Made by a program: the position numbers and the translations under genes. Below, in pieces: positions 39,135-49,424 of a DNA stretch of 64,000 bases (positions are counted from its first letter, which is position 1; every line of letters begins with the position of its first letter). Source of the stretch: an uncultured Thermoprotei archaeon (lineage in GTDB: Archaea > Thermoproteota > Thermoprotei > Thermofilales > B15-G2); NCBI GenBank assembly GCA_965367815.1, contig CBDUKN010000002.1:1-64000 (forward strand), in the 5' to 3' direction. Under the pieces are notes generated by a model. The model was not told where the DNA came from. It did no database searches and saw only the letters and a program-made list of their open reading frames with translations.

Positions 39135-39764
39135 CACCGCAACAGCTCTTACAGGTGAAGCGCTTCCACCAGCTATTTTTAAAGGCAGGCCTATAAACTT
39201 GAATTTCTTGCCTAAAAGTTTGTCTAAGCCTGTTAAGCATTCGTATATCACTATGCCTTTCGACAACAATACTGGATGTACTTCAAAAGGCGGCCTGTCT
39301 ATCGATGGTGTATCTAGTCCAACAGCCTTTACACCTATTTCTACTAGCTTTTCAGCAGCTTCCTTACTCAGGCCGACATAGTCCGTAAAATATTCAGGTC
39401 TACCTATATACTTGTCAAAACCTGTATAGAGCAATACAATATAGTCTTTTCCGACACGAGTTTTTTCAAGAGCTTTGTTTAAGTCTTCTAACGTGATTTC
39501 TTCTTTCAGCTTCTTATAGCTAAAGTCAAGTACAACCCCTTCTCCTACAAATTTCTCCAAAGGTACTTCGTCTACCGTAGGTGTGTCTTTAATAAAGTGT
39601 GCGGGAACATCTACATGTGTCAAAGTATGTTCTGACAAGAAGAGAACGTTTGAGTAAAAGCCTTGAATTTCTATTTTTGACCAAGGCAGAATTGCTGGCT
39701 TAGGGTGTGCAGGGAATACAGGTGCTCCGCTTTCTATTTTGAAAGATAGGTCTACTATTTTCAT
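39123..39764 (-). CDS. Cyclase/kynurenine formamidase-family hydrolase
   Basis: HTLTHVDVPAH, GLDTPS, SPVRA. Confidence 0.9.
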   Translation of the reverse strand: MKIVDLSFKIESGAPVFPAHPKPAILPWSKIEIQGFYSNVLFLSEHTLTHVDVPAHFIKDTPTVDEVPLEKFVGEGVVLDFSYKKLKEEITLEDLNKALEKTRVGKDYIVLLYTGFDKYIGRPEYFTDYVGLSKEAAEKLVEIGVKAVGLDTPSIDRPPFEVHPVLLSKGIVIYECLTGLDKLLGKKFKFIGLPLKIAGGSASPVRAVAVLKE

Positions 39765-39955
39765 CGATGATAGCTAGGAAATGCTTCTTATAAATATTTC
39801 TCGAGAAGATAATTACTATTAGTAATTATTAAAGCAACTTAGTTAAGGTTTCTTTTAAATAGTACTATGAGATAGAGCTTCTAGGTAGAATTACATAAAG
39901 TCTGGTCTTTAATGATTAAACGACAATACTTAAAACTTAAAACTAAAAATAAACT

Positions 39956-41485
39956 GTGTCTAGAAAATTGAGTAGAGAACAGCTAGGTTTAGTGCTAGGA
40001 CCTCTACTTGCAGTGCTATGGCTTATAACGCCGCCTTTTCCGGGTATGGTTGAGGCAGCAAGCCAGGCTGGAGTAAGTGTTTATCACTTAAAGCTTGCTT
40101 TAGGAGTACTTTTCTGGGTGGCAACATGGTGGATAACAGAGTGTGTTCCATTGGGGCTAGCAGGGCTTGTACCTGCTTTGCTCTTTCCTATGGTTGGTCT
40201 TGTCAGCTGGAAAAAGGCTCTCTCATCGTTTACAAGTCCAATAATATGGATTTTCATGGGAGGCTTTGTTTTAGCCAAGGCTTTTCAGGTTTGGGGTCTG
40301 GATAAAAGAATAGCTATTAAACTGTCCTCGCTCTACAAAGGAAGCAATCCTGCTCTCGCAGCTTTCTTCACAGCCTGTCTACCTGTATTCATACTCACGA
40401 TGACTGGCTCTATAACAGCCTCTACTTCAATTACGTATCCAATAGTGTTGGCGTATCTCACTACGCTAGGTTTTCAGAGAGGAAGTAGGTATGGTGAAGC
40501 AACAATGCTTGCTCTAGGCGAGGCTGCGACAGCGGGGGCTATGTTTCTCTTAATCAGCACTCCGCCGAATCTTATAGCTAAAAGCGCTATTGAAACAGCA
40601 ATGCCTGGAACAACAATTACTTTCCTTGACTGGATAATTGTGGGAACTCCTCACGCTTTTTTAGGCCTAGTGATAACGTGGTTCATTACTTTTGCATTAA
40701 TAAAGCCCGAAGTAAAAGAACTTTCAATTGAAAAGAGAAAAGAGCTATTGAGTAAAATCGAGCTTAAGCCTATGTCTCGCGGAGAAAAAATTGTTCTAGC
40801 AATATTTCTGTTAACTCTCTTCCTATGGACTATACCTGGCTCAATTTTAATATACTCTACAATAAATCCAGAGTACACTTGGCTGAGCAATCTTCTTAAA
40901 GCAGTTCTGCCCGAGGCCGCGCCAGCAGTACTTGCTATACTTCTGCTAGGACTTATTAAAGTAGAGAACAGGCCACTCTTAAAGTGGAAAGATATCGAGG
41001 AGGGAATAGACTGGAACGTGGTCTTCTTATTTGGAGGGGGAATAGTTCTGGGAGCAGGACTACAAGCAGCGGGCTTTGATAAGTGGATAGCAAGACTTAT
41101 TGTATCGCAACACTTCTTTAAAATAAATGTTTACACTCTTTCATTTATAAGCGCGATATTAGCCTTCCTCATAACGTACCCTGCGTCTAATACTGCATCC
41201 GCGCTAATAGCATGTCCTCTAGTAGCAGCAATGGCTATTGGAGCAGGAATAAACCCTATTCCTCCTGTAATCATCGCGGGGCTGGCTGCGTCTATTTCAA
41301 GTGCACTACCCAGTACTACGCCTCCTATGGCTATAGTCTATGGCTCCCGCTACATTAAGCTATGGAATATGTTCAAAGTAGGCATGATATGTGATATAAT
41401 TAGACTAATGCTTCTAGTGTTGATAGGACCACCTTTAGCGGTGTACCTGTGTCAGCTAAAGGGGCTTCCACTAATACTAGGCTAA
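39956..41485 (+). CDS. DASS/SLC13 anion symporter
   Basis: WWITE, STPPN, DWNVVFLFGGG, SNTA, TPP. Confidence 0.9.
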   Translation: MSRKLSREQLGLVLGPLLAVLWLITPPFPGMVEAASQAGVSVYHLKLALGVLFWVATWWITECVPLGLAGLVPALLFPMVGLVSWKKALSSFTSPIIWIFMGGFVLAKAFQVWGLDKRIAIKLSSLYKGSNPALAAFFTACLPVFILTMTGSITASTSITYPIVLAYLTTLGFQRGSRYGEATMLALGEAATAGAMFLLISTPPNLIAKSAIETAMPGTTITFLDWIIVGTPHAFLGLVITWFITFALIKPEVKELSIEKRKELLSKIELKPMSRGEKIVLAIFLLTLFLWTIPGSILIYSTINPEYTWLSNLLKAVLPEAAPAVLAILLLGLIKVENRPLLKWKDIEEGIDWNVVFLFGGGIVLGAGLQAAGFDKWIARLIVSQHFFKINVYTLSFISAILAFLITYPASNTASALIACPLVAAMAIGAGINPIPPVIIAGLAASISSALPSTTPPMAIVYGSRYIKLWNMFKVGMICDIIRLMLLVLIGPPLAVYLCQLKGLPLILG

Positions 41486-42138
41486 ATTCGCCAACTCGAG
41501 CTATTTACGTCTTTCAGCTCTAGTTCTTTCTTTAATTGCTCTAAAAACTTTAGCATTACCTTATGTCTTTTTAAAGCAATTTTTTTAGCCGTCTCAGTGT
41601 ACATCAAATCCTTGAGCCTCAGCAATTTTTCATAGAAATGTTCGATAGACTTATCTATGCCTCTACCTTGCTCACCAGAGTACATAAAACACCTCGCTAT
41701 ACCTATAGCTCCTATAGCATCGAGTTTATCTGCATCAGAAAGTACTTTTGCTTCAAGAGACTTAGGTATTTCTCCCGATGAAAAGCTGTGAGCTTTAATA
41801 GCTTCTATGACTCTTTCGATAAATTCTAGTGGAAGTCCCAGCGAGGATAAGTATTTTTCAGCTATTTCGGCGCTCTTTGCTGCGTGGTTTTTCTCATAGC
41901 CTAGTGCTCTACCTATATCGTGGAGCAGACTAGCTATTTTAAGCACGTTTAAATCAGCTTTCTCCCTTATACCTATTTCTAAGCAAAGTCTATATACTCG
42001 AAGTACGTGGTCAAATCCATGCGAAGGATTTTTCACATTTCTATATAGTTTCTCAACATAACTGTAAACTTCTTTCTCAATATCATTAAAATTCATAGGT
42101 GAAATTGTTAGTTCGAGCTTAATATCTATAATTCTCAT
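41482..42138 (-). CDS. HD-domain hydrolase
   Basis: HGFDHVLRV, LHD, DADKLDAIGA. Confidence 0.9.
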   Translation of the reverse strand: MRIIDIKLELTISPMNFNDIEKEVYSYVEKLYRNVKNPSHGFDHVLRVYRLCLEIGIREKADLNVLKIASLLHDIGRALGYEKNHAAKSAEIAEKYLSSLGLPLEFIERVIEAIKAHSFSSGEIPKSLEAKVLSDADKLDAIGAIGIARCFMYSGEQGRGIDKSIEHFYEKLLRLKDLMYTETAKKIALKRHKVMLKFLEQLKKELELKDVNSSSWRI

Positions 42139-42323
42139 GAAAAATACACGCTAATTACTCAGACCTTTAAGTGCCAGTATAGCTCTCATGAATAATTTTT
42201 GGCCCGTGCGCCTTACTGCTTGCTATGGTATAGATACTGCAATACTGAATAGAAACCTTTCTAAAATTTGCAACAAAATCACTACAGATATCTTCTTATA
42301 ATTCCGGACAAAACTCTAACTTA

Positions 42324-42374
42324 GTGATGAAACGTATTCACTCTGAGCACTATGACGAAGATTCCACGTACTGA
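42324..42374 (+). ncRNA. Box C/D guide sRNA, probably targeting 16S; antisense overlap with the CLC gene 3' end
   Basis: GTGATGA-aacgtattcact-CTGA-gcact-ATGACGA-agattccacgta-CTGA; complements GUGAAUACGU and ACGUGGAAUC. Confidence 0.92.
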
Positions 42375-44182
42375 CTTTCATGTTCTCTTTTCTCTTTATA
42401 TAGCTGCTCTATTTTTGCCTCATAACCTTTGATTATATCGTGTCTAGTGAGTATACCTAGTAGATGGTAGTCGTTTCTTGATTTTATTACAGGAAGCCTG
42501 CCTACTCTGTAGGTAATCATTCTGTGAATTACTATATCCAGTGACTCATCTTCATAGGCTACTATAGGCCTTTTCATAATGTCTTTTACTTCGAGTTTAT
42601 CTCTTTTAGAAACAGGTATTTTAGCTACATCCGTATAAGTAACCATACCTATTAGTTTTCCATCAGAGACTACTGGAAAACCAGAGTGCCCTGTCTTTTT
42701 AACTAAATTCACTACGTCACTTAATTTAGCTTCTGGCGATACTGTTACGACATGTTTAACCATGACATCCTTTACTTTAACTGTTTTAAGTATATCTACA
42801 TTGAATTCGCATAAGTGCGCAGGAGACTCTATTCTCGAAAAAACCTGACTAATATATATGCTGTGCCCTCCTGAAACTAGGTAGCTCGTTGCGCAGGCTA
42901 ACATTGCCGGTATTAGTAGGTCATATCCTCCAGTCATTTCAGCAACCATGATCATTGCCGCCAAGGGGACTTTGCCTACTGCCGAGAAAAAGCTCATCAT
43001 TCCAACTATGACGAAGCCTGCCGTATTTAAGTTTAAGTCAAATACCGAGTTAAGAAGCTTTACTAGCCCTCCCCCTATGAGCCCACCTATTACTAGAGAA
43101 GGCGCAAAGACTCCTCCACTACCTCCTGAAGCCACCGTAAGTGAAGTAGTAAGTATCTTTGTTGCACCGACAAGAAGCATTCGCTCAGTACTAAGCTTAT
43201 TGAATATTGCATATTGTATCCATCCATATCCCATTTCCAGAGCCTCTGGTACGGCTATACCTATTAGACCTGTAAGAAGCCCTCCTAAGGCTGGTCTTAA
43301 GTAGGGATTTATTTTAGCCTTTTTAAAGAACCTGTGTATGCCGTAAAATATTTTGACATAAACTATAGCTAAACCGCCCATTATTACGCCCAGTAAGAAG
43401 AAAAAGGGAAGCTCAGCTATATTGAATTCTATGTCTTCAGGTATAGCAAAGATATGTTCAGGACCCCATAAGGAAACAACTATAGTGTAGCCCACTATGG
43501 ATGAAATAAACACTGGCACCCAAGCATCAAATTCAAAATCACGCTTGTACAAGACTTCTAACGCGAAGATAGCTCCGCCTAAGGGCGCTTTGAATATACT
43601 GCCTATTCCTCCTGCTACTCCGCATAAAACAGCTATTCTTCTATCTCTTATAGACAAATGAAGAATATTGGCTATCCAAGAACCAAAGCCTGCTCCTATT
43701 TGAGCAATTGGTCCTTCTCTACCAGCACTTCCACCTGTACCGATTGTTATTGCTGTGGCTATCGACTTAACTATAGGCACTCTCGCCCTAATAAGTCCTC
43801 TTAGCCTATGAAATGCATGTATTACAGAATCTGTTCCATGTCCTTCTGCTTCGGGAGCGAATATGTATACTATGATACCGCAGAGAAGCCCTCCTAACCC
43901 TGTTAAAAGCGGAAAAGCCCACGCTCTCTCTATTTCGAGCTCCAGTTCCTCTATGAGCTCTTTCTCTCCTTCGCCGAGAGGTAGGGGAAAATTGTATCCC
44001 GCGATATTGTTTAAACATAAGTACAGCGCTGTGTCTACAAGTAGCCTTAGCAGCACTGCGCTGAAACCCGAGATAATTCCGATAAGTGTTCCTAAAATAA
44101 ACCACTTTTCGAGAGACTTTATTCTATCAAGGTACATTTTAGAATATTTAAGTGTTCTGAGGTATCGCGCCCTACTTAGCAT
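42350..44182 (-). CDS. CLC chloride channel/antiporter with CBS pair
   Basis: GHGTD, GSAGREGP, GGVFAP, two CBS domains. Confidence 0.93.
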   Translation of the reverse strand: MLSRARYLRTLKYSKMYLDRIKSLEKWFILGTLIGIISGFSAVLLRLLVDTALYLCLNNIAGYNFPLPLGEGEKELIEELELEIERAWAFPLLTGLGGLLCGIIVYIFAPEAEGHGTDSVIHAFHRLRGLIRARVPIVKSIATAITIGTGGSAGREGPIAQIGAGFGSWIANILHLSIRDRRIAVLCGVAGGIGSIFKAPLGGAIFALEVLYKRDFEFDAWVPVFISSIVGYTIVVSLWGPEHIFAIPEDIEFNIAELPFFFLLGVIMGGLAIVYVKIFYGIHRFFKKAKINPYLRPALGGLLTGLIGIAVPEALEMGYGWIQYAIFNKLSTERMLLVGATKILTTSLTVASGGSGGVFAPSLVIGGLIGGGLVKLLNSVFDLNLNTAGFVIVGMMSFFSAVGKVPLAAMIMVAEMTGGYDLLIPAMLACATSYLVSGGHSIYISQVFSRIESPAHLCEFNVDILKTVKVKDVMVKHVVTVSPEAKLSDVVNLVKKTGHSGFPVVSDGKLIGMVTYTDVAKIPVSKRDKLEVKDIMKRPIVAYEDESLDIVIHRMITYRVGRLPVIKSRNDYHLLGILTRHDIIKGYEAKIEQLYKEKREHESQYVESSS

Positions 44183-44304
44183 ACTTCTATCACTATGGAT
44201 AACAAAACCAATTATTTAAGTTTCTTTTAAAATCCCTTACATGGATCATTTGCCTACGGTTTTCTTTATACGAGGTAACTTAGAGAAAACTTCCTCAGCC
44301 ACAA

Positions 44305-45672
44305 CTATTGTCTTACACCGTTTAAGTTCATTTCAGCTAGCTTTCCTAAAGGCGACTTACTGCGATCTCTTACCTGGTACTCCATTAGGCTAACTCTGCC
44401 AGACATCGTAAAGGTAATTGATGAAGCTATCATTAATGGTACTAAGAGCTTATAGTTTCCGCTAAGCTCGCCTACTAAAGAAATAGCCGTTAAAGGTGTT
44501 TTCGCGGCGCCAGCTATGAATGCTCCTAAGCCTACTAGCGCGAATTTAGATGGATGATCAACAAGCTCGGGAACAATATCTTTGAATAACAGGCCTATGC
44601 TCCCCCCTGCTGTAGTTCCAATGAATATGGCTGGAGCTAGAAGCCCGCCACTGGCACCTGAACCTACTGTAAGCGATGTAGCGATAATCTTCAGTATTGT
44701 TATTATAAAAAGTCTTTCCATATCCTTAGGTTCTAATAGAGTTTCTTCGATAGTATCATAACCTAGCCCCATTACTTCAGGATAAAATACTCCAATTAAT
44801 CCCGTCAAGAAGCCGCCTAAAGCACATCTTATGGGTAGAGGAAGCTTAGTTTTCTCAAACATATGTGAAATTTTCTCAAATATTACTGAATACAATATTG
44901 CTATAAATCCTAGGAAGACTCCTTCAATAGCATATAGTCCTAGCTCCTCTATTGAAGTTACTTCAAGCTGAAGTGTGTGGAACCTGGGCTCCCAGCCCAC
45001 AAAAGAGGCGTATATCGAATATGATATAGCTGAGGCTAAAACACAGGGTAGCAGAGCTACTACCTCAACATCATATACATATGGTAATTCTACTGCGAAA
45101 AAGGCTCCAGAAAGAGGAGCCCTAAATACACTTCCGATAGCCGCAGCGACTCCCGCGAGCATGAGCACCCTTCTTTCAAGTACTCTTAACCTTAGCTCAT
45201 GTGCTACAATAGACCCTAGTCCACCACCTATCTGAACCATAGGTCCTTCGTAGCCAGCACTACCTCCAGAAGATATTGTGAAAGCAGAAGCGATGAATTT
45301 GAGGAAAGGTACTCTCTTTCTAGTAAGTCCTAATTTCTCATGATAAGCTTCTAACATCTGCTTAGTTCCTGAACCTTTAATTTCAGAAGCCATAGTCTGA
45401 GCTATTAGCCCTGCTAATCCGCATCCCATAGGAGTTACTATTAGAAAAACGTAGGGATAAGGTATGTGGAACTTCTCAGGAACTTCCTCAAGAAGTATCT
45501 CCGAAAGCCATTCTACTGTGAAATGAAATATTGTTACTGTAAATCCAACTACTATTCCTATACATATGGCTAAAAAAATCCATCTGAAGAAAAATCTATG
45601 AGGTATTCCAATGAAGAACGCCTTCAATACCCTAATTTTACGCCTTATAACAGCCCCCAGCATTGCTGCCAT
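44305..45672 (-). CDS. CLC chloride channel/antiporter
   Basis: GSGT, GSAGYEGP, GGLLAP. Confidence 0.9.
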   Translation of the reverse strand: MAAMLGAVIRRKIRVLKAFFIGIPHRFFFRWIFLAICIGIVVGFTVTIFHFTVEWLSEILLEEVPEKFHIPYPYVFLIVTPMGCGLAGLIAQTMASEIKGSGTKQMLEAYHEKLGLTRKRVPFLKFIASAFTISSGGSAGYEGPMVQIGGGLGSIVAHELRLRVLERRVLMLAGVAAAIGSVFRAPLSGAFFAVELPYVYDVEVVALLPCVLASAISYSIYASFVGWEPRFHTLQLEVTSIEELGLYAIEGVFLGFIAILYSVIFEKISHMFEKTKLPLPIRCALGGFLTGLIGVFYPEVMGLGYDTIEETLLEPKDMERLFIITILKIIATSLTVGSGASGGLLAPAIFIGTTAGGSIGLLFKDIVPELVDHPSKFALVGLGAFIAGAAKTPLTAISLVGELSGNYKLLVPLMIASSITFTMSGRVSLMEYQVRDRSKSPLGKLAEMNLNGVRQ

Positions 45673-45721
45673 CTTCGAGAAAAAATATATTCAGGCATAA
45701 ATATTTAGCCTAGACACAACT

Positions 45722-46357
45722 ATGAGAATAATTATTGCTGGAGGTAAGGGTGTAGGAGAAGCTATTGCTAAAGAACTTTTAAGAGAAGGACACGAGGTAA
45801 CGGTAATAGACAGTGCCCCAGAAGTATGTGAACACTTGCTGACAGAACATCCTGAGTTATCTATTCTCTGCGGGGATGTAACAAACCCTAAGCTGCTCGA
45901 AGAAGCAGGCATAAAAAATGCGGACGCTTTTATTGCGGTAACGGAAAGAGATGACATTAATGTAATTACAGCAATGTTAGCTAAAAAGTATGGTGTTGAG
46001 AAAATTATTCTTAGTATAAGGCACCCTGTTTATCGTGAAATATGCGAAATGCTCGATCTGAAAACCGTGGTAGATTTCTTTGAGTCCGCGGCTATTAGAA
46101 TAAGAATGCTTCTCGAAGGAGAGGCACTTTTAGAACTGGAAAAATGTATTGGAAGAGACTTTGACTTAAAAGAGAAAGTTGTAACTAAAGGAGATCATGG
46201 TAAGAAAATAACGGAAATTCTGGCTGAAGACGAGTATCCAATAGTTGTTTTAAGAAAAAAGGACGCGTTTATTCCTGAAGCAAATCTTCTGCTTGAGGAG
46301 GGAGATAAAGTAGTTTACATCAAGAAAAGGAAGAAGCCAACATTATTACACTTTTAG
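45722..46357 (+). CDS. TrkA-family RCK protein
   Basis: IIIAGGKGVG, GDVT, LEEAGI, TrkA-C-like tail. Confidence 0.88.
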   Translation: MRIIIAGGKGVGEAIAKELLREGHEVTVIDSAPEVCEHLLTEHPELSILCGDVTNPKLLEEAGIKNADAFIAVTERDDINVITAMLAKKYGVEKIILSIRHPVYREICEMLDLKTVVDFFESAAIRIRMLLEGEALLELEKCIGRDFDLKEKVVTKGDHGKKITEILAEDEYPIVVLRKKDAFIPEANLLLEEGDKVVYIKKRKKPTLLHF

Positions 46358-46411
46358 CATCCAGTGGACTGTCAAACTAGAGTGTTTCTCAGTTAGCTTC
46401 AGCTTTTCAGA

Positions 46412-46630
46412 TTATCCACCATCAGATAACTGCAAAATTTCAATGGACTCCCCCTCTTTTACTTTAACTGAGAACGGTTCATAGATTATTTTACCTTTAT
46501 ATGATATTATGACTGAATCGTACCTGATTCCTAGTTTATAGAGAACTTTAGCTATAGTTGCTCCTTCTTTTACTTCAATAATCTCTTCGCGAGGAGGAAT
46601 ATTGTATTTGAGTAGTACCTTGACCTTCAT
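46412..46630 (-). CDS. MoaD/ThiS/SAMP ubiquitin-like protein
   Basis: 72 aa beta-grasp pattern ending SDGG. Confidence 0.8.
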   Translation of the reverse strand: MKVKVLLKYNIPPREEIIEVKEGATIAKVLYKLGIRYDSVIISYKGKIIYEPFSVKVKEGESIEILQLSDGG

Positions 46631-46642
46631 ACTCTACACACA

Positions 46643-46698
46643 TCAGCTCGGGGAGTTAGGATTCGTCGTCATAGCTCGGTTCCGAGGTCGCTCATCAT
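46643..46698 (-). ncRNA. Box C/D guide sRNA embedded in the 3' end of the ABC ATPase ORF
   Basis: ATGATGA-gcgacctcggaa-CCGA-gct-ATGACGA-cgaatcctaactccccgag-CTGA; box D supplies the TGA stop. Confidence 0.78.
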
Positions 46699-47575
46699 GA
46701 AGCTTAACTTTAATTCGCTTCAACTTCTTTAGTATTTCATTTTTGGCCTTTAAATATTCTTCGGCTGAAAGAGTACCTGATTCAGCCATTCTTTTTAAGC
46801 CTTTAGCTGTTAACTCAAGCAGTTTAAGTTGAGCCAGAAGAATATTGTAGTCGTATTCAGCTGTTATTTTGAGTTTGAGAGCTTCCTCCATTGAATAGAA
46901 GAGCTTGCCGTCTCTAATGAATACTGTTCGATGAGCTATTTGTGTTAACTCAGGATTATGGGTTACTATAACGAAAGTAACTCCAAGGTACTCGTTAAGA
47001 CATCTGACCAGTCTTAATATACTTGCCGCAGAGACTATATCTACTGCTCCAGTGGGCTCATCCATTAGTATTACTGAAGGTTCATTTGCAAGCGCTCTCG
47101 CTATAGCAACTCTCTGCTGCTGGCCTCCCGAAAGCTGGCTCGGTCTATGATAAGCCCACTTCTCTAATCCAACTAACTTTAGTAAAATTAATGCTCTCTC
47201 TTTACATTCCTTTAAAGTATATCTGCCGCTGAAGAACATGGGCAACATCACATTTTCTAAGGCAGTCAAAGTGGAAATCAAGTTATACATTTGAAAAACA
47301 AATCCCAGCTTAAGGCATCTGAGATGGGTTAACTCTTTTTCGCTTAAATCAGTGACATCAATATCATCGATTATTACCTTTCCTGATGTAGGTCTGTCAA
47401 GAGTACCCATGATATTCAAAAGAGTGCTTTTTCCTGAGCCAGAAGGTCCCATTATGCACAGAATTTCACCTTCATATACCTCTAAGTTAATATTATCGAG
47501 TGCTCTAACACTAACCTCTTTCGAAACATCGTATACTTTAGTTACATTAATAAGCTTGACTACGGGCTTATTCAT
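46643..47575 (-). CDS. LolD/MacB-type ABC ATPase
   Basis: GPSGSGKS, LSGGQQQR, LMDEPT. Confidence 0.93.
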   Translation of the reverse strand: MNKPVVKLINVTKVYDVSKEVSVRALDNINLEVYEGEILCIMGPSGSGKSTLLNIMGTLDRPTSGKVIIDDIDVTDLSEKELTHLRCLKLGFVFQMYNLISTLTALENVMLPMFFSGRYTLKECKERALILLKLVGLEKWAYHRPSQLSGGQQQRVAIARALANEPSVILMDEPTGAVDIVSAASILRLVRCLNEYLGVTFVIVTHNPELTQIAHRTVFIRDGKLFYSMEEALKLKITAEYDYNILLAQLKLLELTAKGLKRMAESGTLSAEEYLKAKNEILKKLKRIKVKLHDERPRNRAMTTNPNSPS

Positions 47576-48734
47576 ATCTAAGAGCCTCCAAAGGCCTTAT
47601 CTTTGCAGCAGACCAAGAAGGATAAAATGCTGATAGTAAACTGATAAATACCGCTATAAGGATACCTAAAAGAGCTACTTCTGAAACAAAGAATATCGGT
47701 ATTTCCATCATTAAACCCATTTTAAGCAAAAGGAACTTCACAAAGTGGGCCTCAACATAGCCTACAACAACGCCTAAGACGCCACCTATTATACTCATTA
47801 AGAACGCTTCAGTTAGAAATATCACAAGAATATGTGTACTGTCTGCTCCTATAGCTTTCATAATTCCTATCTCTCTTACATGCTCTCTCGCAGTCATAGT
47901 CATAGTATTCATTACACCTAAAGCAGCTACTAATAGCCCTATTAAAGTGATCGCCATTAACACGCCCTCTATAACTTTAAGAACTTTCATAATGGTTTCT
48001 AGTATATCTTTTTGCTGAACAATACTAGCTTTGGGGAAAATTTTCTTAATTTCATGTTTAACAAAATCTATTGAAACTCCTTCATTTATTTTAATCAGTA
48101 TATGACTTACATACCCCTTTCTGCCAATCATATCCTGTAACTTTTCTAAAGACATAGCTGCGCCAGAAAACAGGGATGCTCCCTTTATTCCAAGAAAAGA
48201 TGATGAAATACCTACTACCTTTAAGTACTCGACTTTAGATGAAATATAAAGTGCTTTTACAGGGAGATACTTACCTAAGATTACTTTATTTTCAGAAAAA
48301 ACAGACTCGTCTACCAAAAGAAAATCCGTTTCATTTTCATAAGGGAGCCTACCTCTAATAACTGTCACATTAAAGAAAGATACTAGATCTTCTCTCCTTA
48401 CTCCAGCTAAGTAGCATCGAGATACTCCCACTTTACCTGTAATGAAAATTACTGGCGCAGCATTCTTTACTCCAGGAATCTGCTTGACTATGTCGACTAC
48501 TGATTCAGGTATGTTTATTTCCTCGCTAACTATTATCAGATCTGCACTAATGAGACCTTTTAGTTGCTTTTCTACTTCACTATGCATACCTATGCCCACA
48601 GTTCTCAATGCTACAAGAGTAGACACGCTAACAACTATAGCTAGTACTGTAAGGCATGTTCTAGCTTTACGGGTGCACATGTCTCTTACTGAGAAAAGAA
48701 CAGCTACTTGCAAAATACCTATAATCTTCCACAT
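47568..48734 (-). CDS. FtsX/MacB-type ABC permease
   Basis: NTMTM..REIGIMKAIGA, FLTEA, YPSWSAAKIRPLEALRYE. Confidence 0.92.
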   Translation of the reverse strand: MWKIIGILQVAVLFSVRDMCTRKARTCLTVLAIVVSVSTLVALRTVGIGMHSEVEKQLKGLISADLIIVSEEINIPESVVDIVKQIPGVKNAAPVIFITGKVGVSRCYLAGVRREDLVSFFNVTVIRGRLPYENETDFLLVDESVFSENKVILGKYLPVKALYISSKVEYLKVVGISSSFLGIKGASLFSGAAMSLEKLQDMIGRKGYVSHILIKINEGVSIDFVKHEIKKIFPKASIVQQKDILETIMKVLKVIEGVLMAITLIGLLVAALGVMNTMTMTAREHVREIGIMKAIGADSTHILVIFLTEAFLMSIIGGVLGVVVGYVEAHFVKFLLLKMGLMMEIPIFFVSEVALLGILIAVFISLLSAFYPSWSAAKIRPLEALRYE

Positions 48735-48773
48735 TCGACTAAACTAAATAGAACTACTTAATATTCTCTTAGC

Positions 48774-49241
48774 TTAGTAGAATAGTTCAGATATATTACA
48801 GTCTTGTATGCTCTCTATATTTTTAAAGTCTTTCAATACGTTTTCAACGAAGTGCTTAACTCCGTAGATCGCACTATTAAACTCTGTTTAAAAAATTGTT
48901 GTATTCTAAAGCTTTCTTATGAATTTTCTGTGTGAATAAAAATATCGCCTTCCTTTGTTAAGCCATAAGTAATTTCGTACATAGATAATACGTATCCATT
49001 AGAAGCCTCTCGTAAAGCTTTGCTTTATCGATATCAGAAGATATAGTGCTGCGGGAAAGAAGCAGAGATACTATTAGAACTTGCTTTTCACCATATCTCA
49101 CGAAGACAGTAGCTAAAGCGTATCCTCCTCCCGAAAGACTTATCTGAAAGGCAGCACGAAAACTCTTTCACTCTCATTATACTCGTACTTCAAGTTCATT
49201 TGATCAAGAAAACTCTTTATCTTCTCTGCTATCTTATCCAT
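48774..49241 (-). pseudogene. Multiply disrupted hypothetical gene (YbjN/chaperone-like fold possible)
   Basis: MDKIAEKIKSFLDQMNLKYEY..; KLYERLL, EITYGLTKEGDIF and EFNSAIYGVKHF in different frames. Confidence 0.5.
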
Positions 49242-49332
49242 GGAATTAGAGCAGTGTCAGACAATATATCTGTTGCGCTTAGCTCTAAGTCACAACGTGA
49301 CACTTTTATACAGCTTTGCCTACAAATACTGA

Positions 49333-49382
49333 GTGATGAACGCTGGAACAGCTGAATAGTGAAGAAAAGAAGAGTCAGCTGA
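49333..49382 (+). ncRNA. Box C/D guide sRNA
   Basis: GTGATGA-acgctggaacag-CTGA-ata-GTGAAGA-aaagaagagtcag-CTGA; TTTTATA at ~49304. Confidence 0.88.
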
Positions 49383-49424
49383 AAACTTTTATTCTCCTTC
49401 TTCGTATTATCGCATACCCCGCCT

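Noticed and set aside
42350-46357. Two CLC genes plus TrkA as a novel system
   Set aside because: A plausible ordinary ion-homeostasis cluster with nothing unusual in its motifs.
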